Source of the DNA: Hormiphora californensis
Taxonomy: Eukaryota; Animalia; Ctenophora
Assembly (NCBI GenBank): GCA_020137815.1
Contig: CM035355.1
Span: 6,882,001 to 6,946,000 of the forward strand
Reading direction: 5' to 3'
DNA length: 64,000 nt
How positions within the stretch are numbered: position 1 is the first letter of the stretch; each line of letters begins with the position of its first letter. Positions 1-13,600 of this stretch are shown in pieces. The translations under genes and the position numbers were made by a program. Under the pieces are notes generated by a model. That model had not been told where the DNA came from. It made no database searches and saw only the letters and a program-made list of their open reading frames with translations.

Positions 1-1071
1 TTATTATAATTTACACGAGCAGGAAGGTGTTGCCCGAGAGTGACATCTTAGTTACTCTTGGGGAGCATCTTCCAGTTCTTACACTCATGGGAACATGAGT
101 AGAACTATTTACAAACCGTGTCAAACCGTGTCAAAAACCGTGTCCATATAGGTACACACAAGCCGAACAAAACTATTGTTGATACAACTATCGTTTATAC
201 AGCTATTAATCTTTTCTTTTCGCATCTAATGGATGACTGACACATGGATTGAGAAATATAGCCACGCTGACGTAAGACAAAATGAAGGAAAAAAACACAA
301 TACAAGGTGACCTTAGCTGGAAACATATCGATTAATCACTGTGAGGCCAATGCTCTGGCCACAGTTCTCGCGTGCTCATGAGAATAGGGTCAGGCCAATG
401 CCCTGACAGAGTGACAAATGAATCGGACTTCATGGCAGCTTCTCTCATCCAGATATATCTATAACAGATATGATATCATCTAGAAAGAAAGTATAATTCA
501 TTGTTGGGCAATGGTATTTGTCATCGAATTAGACTCGCCCTGCCATCATGAGGAGGATTTTGTTCGCAAATTCACCAAACACGGATCTACTAAGTCAATA
601 CTCTGACCGCTGTAATTCCCGAGCTCTCTGGCCAGTTCTCTGACAGCCCTGGTGTCAACGGGGGCTGTTAAAAGTCTTTGTGAGAACTTTCGATGCACCT
701 TGCTTGCCCCCGGCGCTTGTTCATCCAGGTCATACCCCGAAAAAAGAAGAAAAAACGGTTTAATTACTCAATTAAATTACAGTGACATACTGTGAAAATC
801 ACAATCGATCATTTTAAAGATCAACTTTCCCAAAAAATCATTTCGAATCAGATAATGCCCCACGGGCTTCGTATGCCGTGCTTCACACGGCTGGTAGTGG
901 AGGGGTGACTGTGTCACCAACTATATAAATTACTCACACAATCATACAATGGTTAAAAAAACTCAACTTCAACATGACCATATCAGTGATATATATGGTC
1001 ATGTTGAAGTTGATATTATCACGGTAAATTTGATCATTTGGTATTACGCTACTACAATTAATGTCTTGTGA

Positions 1072-2681
1072 TCAGATTGGACTTAACACGACATAAATCA
1101 AAGTTACTATCATGTTACTTAAAAACGTGCTGTAGTTGTACCCACTACTTCGTCCAAATTCGGTAAAAAAAGAAGGGTCTACTGCTTTACTTGATGAACA
1201 AGCACACCATTTGTTATGACTGTCACAGCATGGTATAACATCAGAATTGCCACTCCAGTCCACAGTTGATTTGAATGTGCCCTCAATTGATTTGTGGATA
1301 TCGTCCCTAAACTTATCTACTGTTCGATAGAAATCCATTGTAAGGTTTGTTAAAGGAGTGGATTCTGCTGGATCGACAGACAAATCAAACACAAGAGGAG
1401 GATCGTGATACGCAAAACCCGTTCCTGTGCTACCATTGCAGTCAGGTTTCGGATTGGTAGCAAAGTATATTTTGTAGCTATTCCACCTCATTGCCCATAA
1501 CTCCTGAAGGTCCGTGTCTGGGATGAACAAAGTCCTAGAGGAGGGTGGTTGGAGGAATGAGAGGGGAACACCGTCAAAAACACGGTCGTTCGGGAGGGAA
1601 AAGCCAACGATTTGAGCGATAGATGGAAGTATATCCATGGCACTAGAGAGTGCATTTGAAACGGTCCCTGGTTCTATTTGACCTGGCCAGGATGCGATAA
1701 AAGGAACCCGATGTCCACCCTCCCAGGTCGTCATCTTTCCAGTTGAGCCTGACCCAAAAGCAGCTCTTTGGTACTCTCCGACAAAGGGGAAATGAGACCC
1801 CGACAGCTCACATTTATACTCCCACGGTCCATTATCTGAAGTGAAAATGACAAGCGTCTCTTCGGACACACCAAGACCATAGACAGTGTCCAAAATCTCC
1901 CCGACAAAGTGATCAATTTCCATGAGAGTGTCTTCGAAGTGACCGACTCGGGAGGCATTTTGGAATCTTGGGTCGGTGGCTAGGGGCACGTGGGGTTGAG
2001 CTAGTGGCAAATACAGAAAAAACGGTTGATTCTCATTAACATGCTGTCGAATAAAGGCTTTAGAAAAAGCAGCATACTTGTTAGTTAGTTGGTTAAGGTT
2101 TGCGGGTTGTTCGACGATGTCTCTGTTTTCGTATAGAGGGATGGAGTTAGTCCACGCCGTAGGTTCACCGCAAACAGAACTTATTTTTACATTGTAAACT
2201 GGTCCATCAGTCACACAGCCCATATCGTTTGAGAATGGGAGGCCGAAATAAGTGTCAAATCCATGGCTGAGAGGGTGAAACTTTTCTGTAATTCCCAGGT
2301 GCCACTTCCCCACGATTCCAGTTGCGTATCCTTCCTTTTTAGAAAATGTGCAATCGTCTTTTCCGTTTCCGGGAGACCACCAATTGAACTTGGTCCAAAA
2401 TTGTGAAATACCCCCGTTCGTTGGGCAAGCCTGCCCGTCAAAAGTCCAGCCCGGCTCGGGGTACACACGGGTGAGGCGCTGTGGTAGTCCGTGAACCGCA
2501 TGCCCACATTAGCGAGGCGGGTTATATTTGGAGTAAAAGGATTGGAGGGGTTGTTAGGGGTGATGTCTGCATACCCTAAATCATCCGCCATGATGAGAAT
2601 GATGTTGGGTGTTTCGGAGGTAACACGGTGGAGACATATCAGGAAAAGTAGCAAGTATGGTGATCTGAAATGTCCTGACAT
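1072..2681 (-). CDS. ARSG: Arylsulfatase G-like sulfatase, intronless; one apparent 1-bp homopolymer frameshift near 2336-2340
   Basis: Signal peptide, PNIILIMADDLG, CTPSR formylglycine motif, GKWHLG, FTSDNGPWEYKCELSG and TTWEGGHRVP, all matching recalled ARSG. ORFs 2211..2681 and 1072..2466 join if the T-run is corrected; the duplicate at 4345-4350 has one more T and reads in frame. Confidence 0.9.
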
Positions 2682-3254
2682 ACCTTATAAAAAGGCGAAA
2701 GTAAATATTTGATGGGAATTAATTGACGGCCTCTATAAGGCAAAAGCCAAAGACTGATTTTTGGGCACATGTAGAACGCAACAAAAACTGAACAAAACGG
2801 CAGGTTAAGGTGCCACCAGGGAATAGGGATAGTAGTAGGGATTTAAACAGCTATATATAGCTGTTATGCTGTGACCAGTACTGTGTGTACTGTGTACTGT
2901 GTGTTAATACTAGTATATAAACACACGCAGTACCGGTCGCGTACTAGCCATTGCAACGGTGTAACCGCTCACTCACTGCCAGCAAGGCAAAAACCAATAG
3001 GACCCACGTGAGTAAGCTAGATGAAATGACATTTGAGACTCAAATCTCGCTCGTAACTCACTGGTCGTTTCTCTCCCTCTCACCCTCATCATGTGTTCCC
3101 CCACTGATCATGACCATATTATGTGTAATATAATCTGCTCTCTCCCTCCCTCTCATGACCAGTAGCATGTGGCGTCCTGCTCCCTCCCTCCCTCTCAGCT
3201 AAGTTTCGCATTGCAACACATCCATTATCATTATTCATTATTATAATTTACACG

Positions 3255-3880
3255 GAGGGGGGCCGGCTGAAGTTTTTGAAGTTTTTGAAGTCAACTTCAA
3301 AAACTTCAAAGAGAAACTTAGGGTGGAAAACTTCAAAAACTTCAAAAACTTCAAAAACTCATATCTCCTAAACCGTTGGAGATAGGCCTTATGTTGCTTC
3401 ATAACTCTTATATAAACTCGAGGCCGCTGATGATTTTGGTGTCCATATTTTTTTCACTACTCCCTTAATAAAAAATTTGCATTTTGTGAAACTGGCAAAA
3501 AGGGTGTGGCTCCAAAAAAAATTTTGAAAATTTACTTCATATTTTTTAAACACTTTCTTAGCATTTTCTAGGCAACTTTTTGAGTTATAGAATGAAATGA
3601 AATATGTTTTTACAAAAAAGGGAACAGGGGGGGAAAAAAAAAGGGGTGGAAAGCGGAGGTCGGGAGAGGAAGAATTGGATTAGAGGAAAGCAAGATGTGG
3701 GAGAAAAAAAGGGAAGAAAAGGCGGAGAATTGTGCAACAATATGGATATTAAGCATGTGAAACACTAACCAAACACGGTAATAATAGTCACTGATGCATT
3801 ATAAAAGTAGTTTAGGTTTTTGAAGTTTTGGAAGTTTTTGAAGGTCAACTCAAAAAGTGACGCCATTTGGGACACGTACC
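3255..3880. mobile_element. Probable non-autonomous DNA element with (TTTTTGAAG)n/(CTTCAAAAA)n subterminal repeats; right half is noisy sequence
   Basis: Repeated gtttttgaag/cttcaaaaac motifs near both ends; sits exactly at the breakpoint of the truncated ARSG copy. No clean TIR pair or TSD found. Confidence 0.4.
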
Positions 3881-3882
3881 AC

Positions 3883-4691
3883 AGACCATAGACAGTGTCC
3901 AAAATCTCCCCGACAAAGTGATCAATTTCCATGAGAGTGTCTTCGAAGTGACCGACTCGGGAGGCATTTTGGAATCTTGGGTCGGTGGCTAGGGGCACGT
4001 GGGGTTGAGCTAGTGGCAAATACAGAAAAAACGGTTGATTCTCATTAACATGCTGTCGAATAAAGGCTTTAGAAAAAGCAGCATACTTGTTAGTTAGTTG
4101 GTTAAGGTTTGCGGGTTGTTCGACGATGTCTCTGTTTTCGTATAGAGGGATGGAGTTAGTCCACGCCGTAGGTTCACCGCAAACAGAACTTATTTTTACA
4201 TTGTAAACTGGTCCATCAGTCACACAGCCCATATCGTTTGAGAATGGGAGGCCGAAATAAGTGTCAAATCCATGGCTGAGAGGGTGAAACTTTTCTGTAA
4301 TTCCCAGGTGCCACTTCCCCACGATTCCAGTTGCGTATCCTTCCTTTTTTAGAAAATGTGCAATCGTCTTTTCCGTTTCCGGGAGACCACCAATTGAACT
4401 TGGTCCAAAATTGTGAAATACCCCCGTTCGTTGGGCAAGCCTGCCCGTCAAAAGTCCAGCCCGGCTCGGGGTACACACGGGTGAGGCGCTGTGGTAGTCC
4501 GTGAACCGCATGCCCACATTAGCGAGGCGGGTTATATTTGGAGTAAAAGGATTGGAGGGGTTGTTAGGGGTGATGTCTGCATACCCTAAATCATCCGCCA
4601 TGATGAGAATGATGTTGGGTGTTTCGGAGGTAACACGGTGGAGACATATCAGGAAAAGTAGCAAGTATGGTGATCTGAAATGTCCTGACAT
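3883..4691 (-). pseudogene. ARSG: 3'-truncated near-identical duplicate of ARSG (first ~270 codons)
   Basis: 3883-4691 matches 1874-2681 almost base for base; homology stops at ...ILDTVYGL. Confidence 0.85.
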
Positions 4692-5281
4692 ACGCTATAA
4701 AAAGGAGTAGATGTTATTTATTTGTTGATTTGTTCGTATGGGATACAGCCAGCATTGTGTTGTGACGACATGGTGATCGGGAGGTTGAGGACAAACCTAA
4801 ATGAAACGAATTGCAAGTCACAAGAAAAGATTGACAGAGATTCTATGTTTGTACAATTTGTGAGGCAATGTGTTGATCTAACTAGCCGCCCTCACAGAGC
4901 AATACAGTGTGAAGGAAATGAGTAACCGATTCTTGCTTGATCTGCTGACAGAGACACACTCTGAGGATTCGGTATCTTTTGAGCAAGCGAAATCGGGTAA
5001 AGCGTGGGAAAAGGGAGAGTTAGGCACATTGTATGGGAAGGAATCAAGTTTCACTTAGTTGTTCCAACTTTAGTAGAACTTGATTATCGTGAGAGGAAAA
5101 TAAAACAATTATATTTTACTTATCTTACAATTTAAAATACATAGTAAAAATAAATATATGTCTCGTCTGAAGATAAAAACATGCAAAATCCTTGTTACAA
5201 CAAAATCCGTCGAAATGCATAAACCAAAAACACACTTCGTTATGGTACACCGAACCTTGCCGAGTTCAAGTAAACGTTTGA

Positions 5282-8200
5282 TCAAACCCCTGCTTTACCA
5301 CCTAGTTCGATGGAAATTTCCCCTCCCTCAGTGCCCACGGTAAGTGAACACTTGTAAACACCCGGCTCAGTAGGTCTAAACTTAACCGGTATACGTGCGG
5401 AGTGACCCGGCTGAACCAGAACCTCCTTGTACTTCAGATAAAAGGGCTCCGGGAGAGCTGATAGGACTATCTTACTACCTGTTTTTAGAGGATTTCCAAC
5501 TTTGAAACTTAGCGATTGCGTCTCCTTGACAGCGCACTCAAAGTCGAGTTTTGTTGTTTTCACGAACACTCGATCTTTCGGTCTTGATACCGCAGATGTA
5601 GATCGGCTGATCCCTGCAAGACTGGAATGGCGTTTATCTGACAAACTCACGTTGCGGGCTGTGGCAACTCCCTCTAAAATAACTTTGCGAGCGAGATTAT
5701 TCACCGCCTGTTTCGACTTGAAAGTGATTGTCCAGCACTGGGTAAACTGTCCCTGGTCCTGGGGGTGGAATGTCAAGGGAATCCTCTCCCTTGCTCCGGG
5801 CAGTGTAACCCCGGTCATGGCAGACACCCCAAACACCATATACTCCGCTCTACCCATTGCTCCAGACTCGTTCTTCCTGTAGGTGGGTGCCACGGAGACC
5901 AGCTCCCAGCGAAGGAGATCTGATGATGTGTTGGGAAACTCTAACATGGCTGAGGATGTCGTTCCCGCGGGAACTTCCGGGAATTTAATACACTGGTCCG
6001 GGAGTGTCTGGGGAAGTGCCACGGGAGGAGAGTAGATGAGACGGAGGGAGCGCTTTTCACCATTCGAATGGAGGGTGATGTAGGTGGTGAACGGATTTGT
6101 AGCTTTGTTCAGCGGTGTAACAACCAGCTCGGTACAGCCACGAGGTGTCACTTTTCCGGACGAGGGAGTTACAGTACAGAGACTCACATCACACGTTACC
6201 TCAAATGGCAAAACACTGAAAAATTGGGAGAACTGAAGTTTAGGAACAGTAATCCTATTTTCTTCTCTCAACTGTTATCTCACTTTCTCTGTCACACAGC
6301 ACACCCAATTATGTACTATTTAAACTTTTTAGTGCCAAGTTAATTGAGCTAGAAAACGCCGACATTACGAAACAAGAAAATACACGTTACTGCTTCCAAG
6401 TGCCAGGCAAAATTGGGTTAGTGACGGACTGCAGATAATACCTTTTTCTGAACGAGCAATGCATGTATCTGCCAGATATAGGTACATTCGTTGTTTTGAA
6501 AAAGGTTATACGTCTTCTTACCTATTTGACTCATTTACAACGTGGAACACACCGGAGGACCGATTTAGCTCAAGGTGCTCCATACTCAGAGACCATCGAA
6601 CGGGAGATGGTGTTGACTTCTTCTTTGGTTGGGAGATATTGACCTGATTTTTAGGATGATGTTAGGAAACTAAAATAATGCATTATCACACTCAGCCAAT
6701 AGCAAAGGAAAACACGAAATACAGTCGGACCCCGATTTAGGGGGCCCCCGATTTAGTGGCACCCCGATTTAGGGACAGGATTTTTTTTCCCCGATATAGG
6801 AAATTAACCTTATTTGACCCCGATTTAGTGGACACCCCGATTTAGTGGACAAGAGCCTTTCCCCCGAGGGTGTCCCTAAATCGGGGTCCGACTGTATTAT
6901 TTTGGAAATTGGAAATGACTCAGCCAATACAGATCATTGAAACTTACAAGAGGGGGCACGTTTGGCATGTCATTTTCTCGGGATGAAGACAGATAATTCT
7001 CAGCGGTTATAGAAGTGGGGCGGAGCTGGTGCAGGGGCTCTGTTGAGGGCCGCTTTCCAACGACACTGATATATATGGGATAAAGAGTTAGTCACTTTAA
7101 CAAGAAACCCGGTGTCCGGGGGGTTTAAAGTGGCCGGGAATGGCCGTAGGCCATTCCCAAAATCGACCGATTTTCCGTGGCTGAAGCAAATTAAAGGCGA
7201 GGCAGCATACTGAACAAGCTGACTAGTATTCAGCAGTTCAATAAATATCGCTGTCAGCAGGGCACCATCTTTATAAGTCATTTAGAAAGTTTTAAAAAAG
7301 TTTAAAAAAAAGTATCTTCACCCCGGACCCGTTCGGGATTCGAACCCGGGTCTCCCGCTAGATAGGCGAGCTCTACACCGCTAGGCCACCTCAGCGCTTG
7401 ATAAATTGCAATCAGGAATGTATTTATCCTTTATGCGCGCTTTTCGGCCAAGGAGAGGGGGAAGATTTCGGCCAGAGACCGAAATATTCCCGTTATTTTG
7501 AGGTAAGACAGGTAGATTTGAACCGATTTTCGCGCGGCGTCTGATTTTGTGCGTGATAGCCTAGAAATCGTTACCAGCGTCCCCCAGACATGAATTTCGG
7601 TCCAAAAAACTAAGGAGTGCCAGGTGAACACACTGTGTCATTTGTGTGAAAAATGGCCGAAATTAAATTTGGCCGACGGGAATCGTCTTCCCATATTCCT
7701 CTATCTCGGACACCGGGACAAGAAAGACTAATAATATAAACGCACTAAATCAATCAAGATACTAGAAGGTTTCGAGAATAATTTCGGGAAGAGTGTATAC
7801 TTCCCACTGCACATATGTTAGAAACTAGTAGAACTGGGGTAGATCGTACCGATCGCAATCTAGGGATCTGTCTTTCTCTCTCTCTCTCACTCTCTTTTCG
7901 CTTTTCTCTCTCTCCCTCTCTCTCTCTTTCATCTTCGCTTTGTGAAGCTTCAATGGTCATTGTTGAGTCAGCTAAAGTGGCTGCATAGTGCATACATTTT
8001 TGTATCATTCTCTCTCTATTTTTGTGTATCTCACTTGCACTCTCGCTCTCTTTTTTCTCTCCCTCTCTTTTCTCTCGCTCTCTCTCTTTCTCTTTCTAGT
8101 TTCTCTCACCTCAGATAAAGTTGGTAGATAGATGACAAAAAGAGTTTCTGCTCGAAAACGTAATCGTTTTCACCCAAGTTCTCAGGAGGAAGTAGGATCT

Positions 8201-10658
8201 CTGTCTCAGGGTCGGTGCCCAGGAACTCATGTGTAGGATCAAATGGCAAATCAGATATGGAAGAACTGGGAGAGGAATGTAGGGGTCAATATCCAATAAA
8301 CATGGGAAACTAAAGCGAAATGGGAATTATTGAAGTTTTGAAGTGATGAAACACAACATTGTGATTGATAAAACTCAAAAATATCTAAATTATTGAGGAC
8401 TGTCACCAACATCTCTTAACAAACAAAGTAAACAGTATAAAATATTACCTGCCAAGATGGTTCAAAGCATGACAGAACCGTCTTCTGGCGAGGTTGTCTC
8501 CGCAGTATAACTTTAACTGTGCAACCTGAAAATATAGTTTTATTTGTAATAGCTAGTTCCCAACAACAATAATCCAGCGAGTCTCTCTATGCCTAATAAA
8601 CATATGAACTGTTATCCCCATGAGACCCAAGAATAGTCAAGGGATACATTATTTGTAGCTGAAAAGTATTGTACCTTGTGTGAAGTGATGTTCTGCGCAT
8701 TTTGTATCACAAACACATCAAGGGATTGCTTAGGAGGGATCACAACAGCAGCGGGGTTAACCCATACTCCCTCCCCCTCCTCCTGTTCCTCGACTACACC
8801 ATACACAAAGGCAGCCCTGCAGCCTCTGTTTAGTAGAGTTACCCGGCCCGTGTTACGGGATCCCGAGGTCAGAGGTCCAATATCAACCCATAATCGAGAG
8901 GAGGTTTGTTTTGCATCCAGTACGGTAACCTTGAAGGAAGGTCATGACATATTAATTGAAATCTTGAAGAGTTGGCGATTTCAAGAATAAATAGTTGAGT
9001 GTCGATTAGGCACGATAGAGCTCAATCGATCCATTATATGAACCGAGAGCGACAACAAATTGAAACAACTTATTTCCAAACCCGGAAATAAGTTGTTTCA
9101 ATTTGTGGGTGGTTTCAAGAGTATATCAAGCCTTGAATTCTTTTTCGAGGGTATAAAAAGACTAGAGAACCCGTGAGCCCCGTGAAGAACTAAATACACA
9201 AATATATCCTGGCATTAGCATGGCAAGAAGAAGAAGAAGAAGGCAGTATGAAATATTATTACTAATAGTAGCCGAGAGCATGCTTCAGGTGATGAAAAAC
9301 ACTTTCATCAACTACAAAGTAAAAACTACAACTATTTATTGGACAACTGAAATATATGTCAGGTGATATGTGTAGAAAAATTATCAGAGGTGGAGATATA
9401 ATGCTCTACATATTCATGATATTAACAAGAAGCATTGTTCGAAGCATTAGCAAGGTAACATGTAAGAACTAACCTGACTAACACCGCCATGCCCAGATAG
9501 AGGGATGGTGAAGGATGATTGGTCCCCAGTTTTAGCGGTTACAATCAGTTCCCCCCAATGCTGATCCACCTCAAGGGGCGTGTATCCCAGGGTAATGGTT
9601 TGACTGGAACCGGCTGCCAGAACCACATCACACGATAACCTATAACAAGTTGGATGTTAGCCTTGATGTTACATCGCACCCATAGGGTGCACCTCGAGGG
9701 GTTTTGACAACCAATAACTAATTACGTGATCAGATAGTTAGAAACATAGCAGGGAGACAACTGCTCAAACTAAAAGCCGTCCTCATAGCAACAGGAAAAA
9801 AATGACGTGACTGAACTGTCATGTCAGAGGACAGAGGATATACTAATTATGTGAAAGTTCACATCTGAATACGTAGCAACAAGGGCCCAAGCCACATGAA
9901 AAAATAACACTAACATACGTATAACAACATCATGGACATGTAACAACATGTGTAACAACTAACAACACGTGTAAGAACATGTGTAACAACATACGTGTAA
10001 GATTCCCCTACAAGATAGAAAACTTTAGTCTGCGATATGATCCTCAGATTCAGACACACCAAACTGGTAGAATGGCCATTCTGGAGGACCAGGCACTCCT
10101 CTCGCTGCCTCCCGAGGTCAACTCCCCCAAAATGAACTGAACTCTTGTTTGCCAATAGGGCAGGCTTTTCAACGTGTCGACGAACTGCGCTTGCTGTTAT
10201 TGGGACCTGAAGTGAAGATTTGGTGATAAGTTTGGTTTGATTCGACTGTACCTCGCACTGCGCCCCGAAAGCGCCTGGCTCAAGTGGTACTGTTGTATCC
10301 GTCTGTCGTCGGCGTCATTGTCTTGAGCATAGCTCATTAAGGTGTCCAGGTCTGTCTATGTAGGGTTAGAACACTGCCTACTTTTCCCCACGATAATTGC
10401 AGTGTTGGCAGACGGCCGCACTCTTTGCGTTACCGGCACAACTCACTCTGCTCGTGGGTACTATGTATTAGGTTTTGCTCTTTGGTTAGACACCTAATTT
10501 AGGTGTCTAACCAAAGAGCAAAACAAAACTTGCAGTATTGCAGTATACTGATACAGAGCGAGGGTTTGGAAAAACTGGTAAAAGCACTGGTAAAGGTAGT
10601 TCCATGCAGCTAATAGCTCTCTCTGTCTCTCTGTCTCTGTCTCTCTGTCTCTGTCTCT

Positions 10659-10695
<37 letters not shown>

Positions 10696-13600
10696 CGGTT
10701 ATACGAAACATGTGGGTTGTTGTTTGTTGTTGTTGTATGTGCCTCCGCTTCCAATCCTCTACTTGTGATTTTATCCCGTCCGGCAGCCAGTTCCTCACGC
10801 CCGAGAAGGACGGAGCTCAGGTTCCAGAGTTTCCTCTTTCCCCCGGGAGAGTTTTCTTCCTCCGTCTTATGTCCATGGTTTTGGAGATAAGGGTGGAATC
10901 GTCTCCCATAACTATCTTAACAGGTCCCATGAAGAGGACCGCACCAGCACTGTTTTCACATTGTGCCAGTCTCGGATATCTCCAGCGACCCTTGGTGAGT
11001 GGCATCTCAGCATTGATCGCTCTAGATGTGGCCTTGGCTAGGACAATTCGGACGCTCCATTGACTATGGCACCTTTGTAGATTTTGCGCTGCCAACCTCT
11101 GATTTGTAATCAGTACTCCATGTGGGTTCATGGAACATCACTTTTTGTTCGTGATGCAGATGCAGCGTCCGGCCGTTCATGGGGTAGTTAGGGCAGGTTC
11201 CTTCCCAATTAACGGAACTCTGGCGTGTGAAATGTTTAGTGGGTTAGGTATCTATGTGCGTCACTCATAGAAATTTGTTTTGTAGCATGGGATAGTGGTT
11301 TGTTCTGTTTGTTGATCAGGTTTTTGTGGAGGCTTGTTTGTTGGTAGAGAGTGATGATGTTGGTTTGTTACCTTCATCGTTTGGGGGGTAATCGCCATTT
11401 GGGAATCTCCTACGCTTCTCATGGACTTTTGAAGAAGCGTAGGTAGTAGCGAGGCTACTGGTTAGTGTAGTTTCTCCCTGTTGGGCTACGGAAACACCCC
11501 TTGAGTTTATCTCGACCTCGGCGTGGGAATTTTGCCGAGAGTCGGTGGTAGCTAACCAGTTATGACCTAGCTTGTTAGACCTTTTATACCTGTCCAGAGG
11601 CTAGGTGGACAGAAGGTAGAGGGGGGCCAGTTGAGATTAGACCTCCTCCAGCCTGGACTTTTGCTGGAGGACGGGTTTTGGCCGGTATTTAGCCATCTAC
11701 TTTGGCCCAGTGCACAAGGCTGGGGAGATGGTGTAATACCGGCCGGGGGTATCTCTATTCAGAGAGAGATGAGTCATGAGCGGATTAGAGAAAGGAAGAG
11801 AGAAAAACACACCACCCAAGGAGGGCAGCTCTGTTTCCTTGGAGTGGTATGTGAGATGCTCCAGGCAGTTCAAGAGCTTCATGGTTTACCCCGGGGTATG
11901 CCGGGTCACCCCTGAAGATTCCCTGCCTGGTCTGTAGGACACTATTGCTATCTAAAAAAATAGACATTAGCCGCGGCCTGCATCTCAAGGGCGTGGGAAG
12001 GAATCTCACCCTCCACATGTGGGTGATTATCGATTAAGTAACACAAGCAACACAAGCTACAATTTCATGTCTCTAACTCATCAGGTGATGAACCAAAGAC
12101 ACGGCGTGCCTGGTGAAATTTTAACACGACCTAGCATGCGACGGGAAACCACCACTTGTACGTGGTAGCTGAGGGTCTACAGAATGGCGCTACGGTGCGG
12201 GAAAAAACATTCCATTCCCTAAAATCTTTTTTTTTTACTTTTATTTGATTTGGGTCAAAATTGGCTATATTAAACGTGGTCCCGAAAAATCCATAATGAC
12301 TTAGCACACGAAATATGTCACCCCCACCTATTTTTGCACGTAGAATCGATTGCCGTTGAAGTCGAATCTCTAAAATGACTTTAAAATGGTCAAAAGTTGA
12401 TTTTTACCATTTTTTGGAGGTTTTTGGCCCCTAAACCATTGAAAACGTTGAGATAGGGATTTGAAACTAGTGCCAATCGTTAAAATGGTCATTTTTCTAC
12501 CAAGAACCAAGTTTTCGTGTATATCCGATTTATGGTTAGATTTGGGCAAATTGTTGAAATCTGCCAACTAGGAGAACAGTAACTTGATTTTCTTGTTTTT
12601 TGGATTTTGGCATTTTTGACAAACTTCTGATTGAAATGGTCAATCGGGACCATGCTTAAGTTGTTTATGGGACAATTTTCGACTAAAATCCAAGATTTCA
12701 TACCAATCCAATAACAGATCGTTGATTTATAGAAAATTTAAGTAGGCAAAACGGTCAAAATGACAACTTTTCTTGCTTATTTTCACCGTTTTGCCTACTT
12801 AAATTTTCTATAAATCAACGATCTGTTATTGGATTGGTATGAAATCTTGGATTTTAGTCGAAAATTGTCCCATAAACAACTTAAGCATGGTCCCGATTGA
12901 CCATTTCAATCAGAAGTTTGTCAAAAATGCCAAAATCCAAAAAACAAGAAAATCAAGTTACGGTTCTCCTAGTTGGCAGATTTCAACAATTTGCCCAAAT
13001 CTAACCATAAATCGGATATACACGAAAACTTGGTTCTTGGTAGAAAAATGACCATTTTAACGATTGGCACTAGTTTCAAATCCCTATCTCAACGTTTTCA
13101 ATGGTTTAGGGGCCAAAACCCTCCAAAAATGGTAAAAAATCAACTTTTGACCATTTTACAGTCATTTTAGAGATTTGACTTCAACGGCAATCGATTCTAC
13201 GTGCAAAAATAGGTGGGGGTGACATATTTCGTGTGCTAAGTCATTATGGATTTTTCGGGACCACGTTTAATATAGCCAATTTTGACCCAAATCAAATAAA
13301 AGTAAAAAAAAAGATTTTAGGGAATGGAATGTTTTTTCCCGCACCGTAGCGCCATTCTGTAGACCCTCAGCTACCACGTACAAGTGGTGGTTTCCCGTCG
13401 CATGATAGGTCGTGTTAAAATTTCACCAGGCACGCCGTGAAGACCCTGGGAATTTTAACAAATGCCGAGTGAGGGTATTGTTGCTTGGGATTTCCTTTGC
13501 TATGTTACTCTCTAACCAACTTACTCAAATCATTCCCGGAAATGGCCATTTCCACTCTTACTTTCACCCTTACTTTCACTCTCCAATCCTAGATATTTAA

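Noticed and set aside
5502-5882. Plus-strand ORFs antisense to real genes (also 2491, 17643, 39166, 47711, 56686)
   Set aside because: Shadow frames of minus-strand coding sequence with no independent motifs.
7325-7396. Functional tRNA-Asp(ATC)
   Set aside because: Acceptor stem does not pair and the sequence lies within a transposon.
12370-13170. Mirror-image ORF pairs of 65-70 aa
   Set aside because: Chance frames duplicated by the foldback arms; no transposase motifs.
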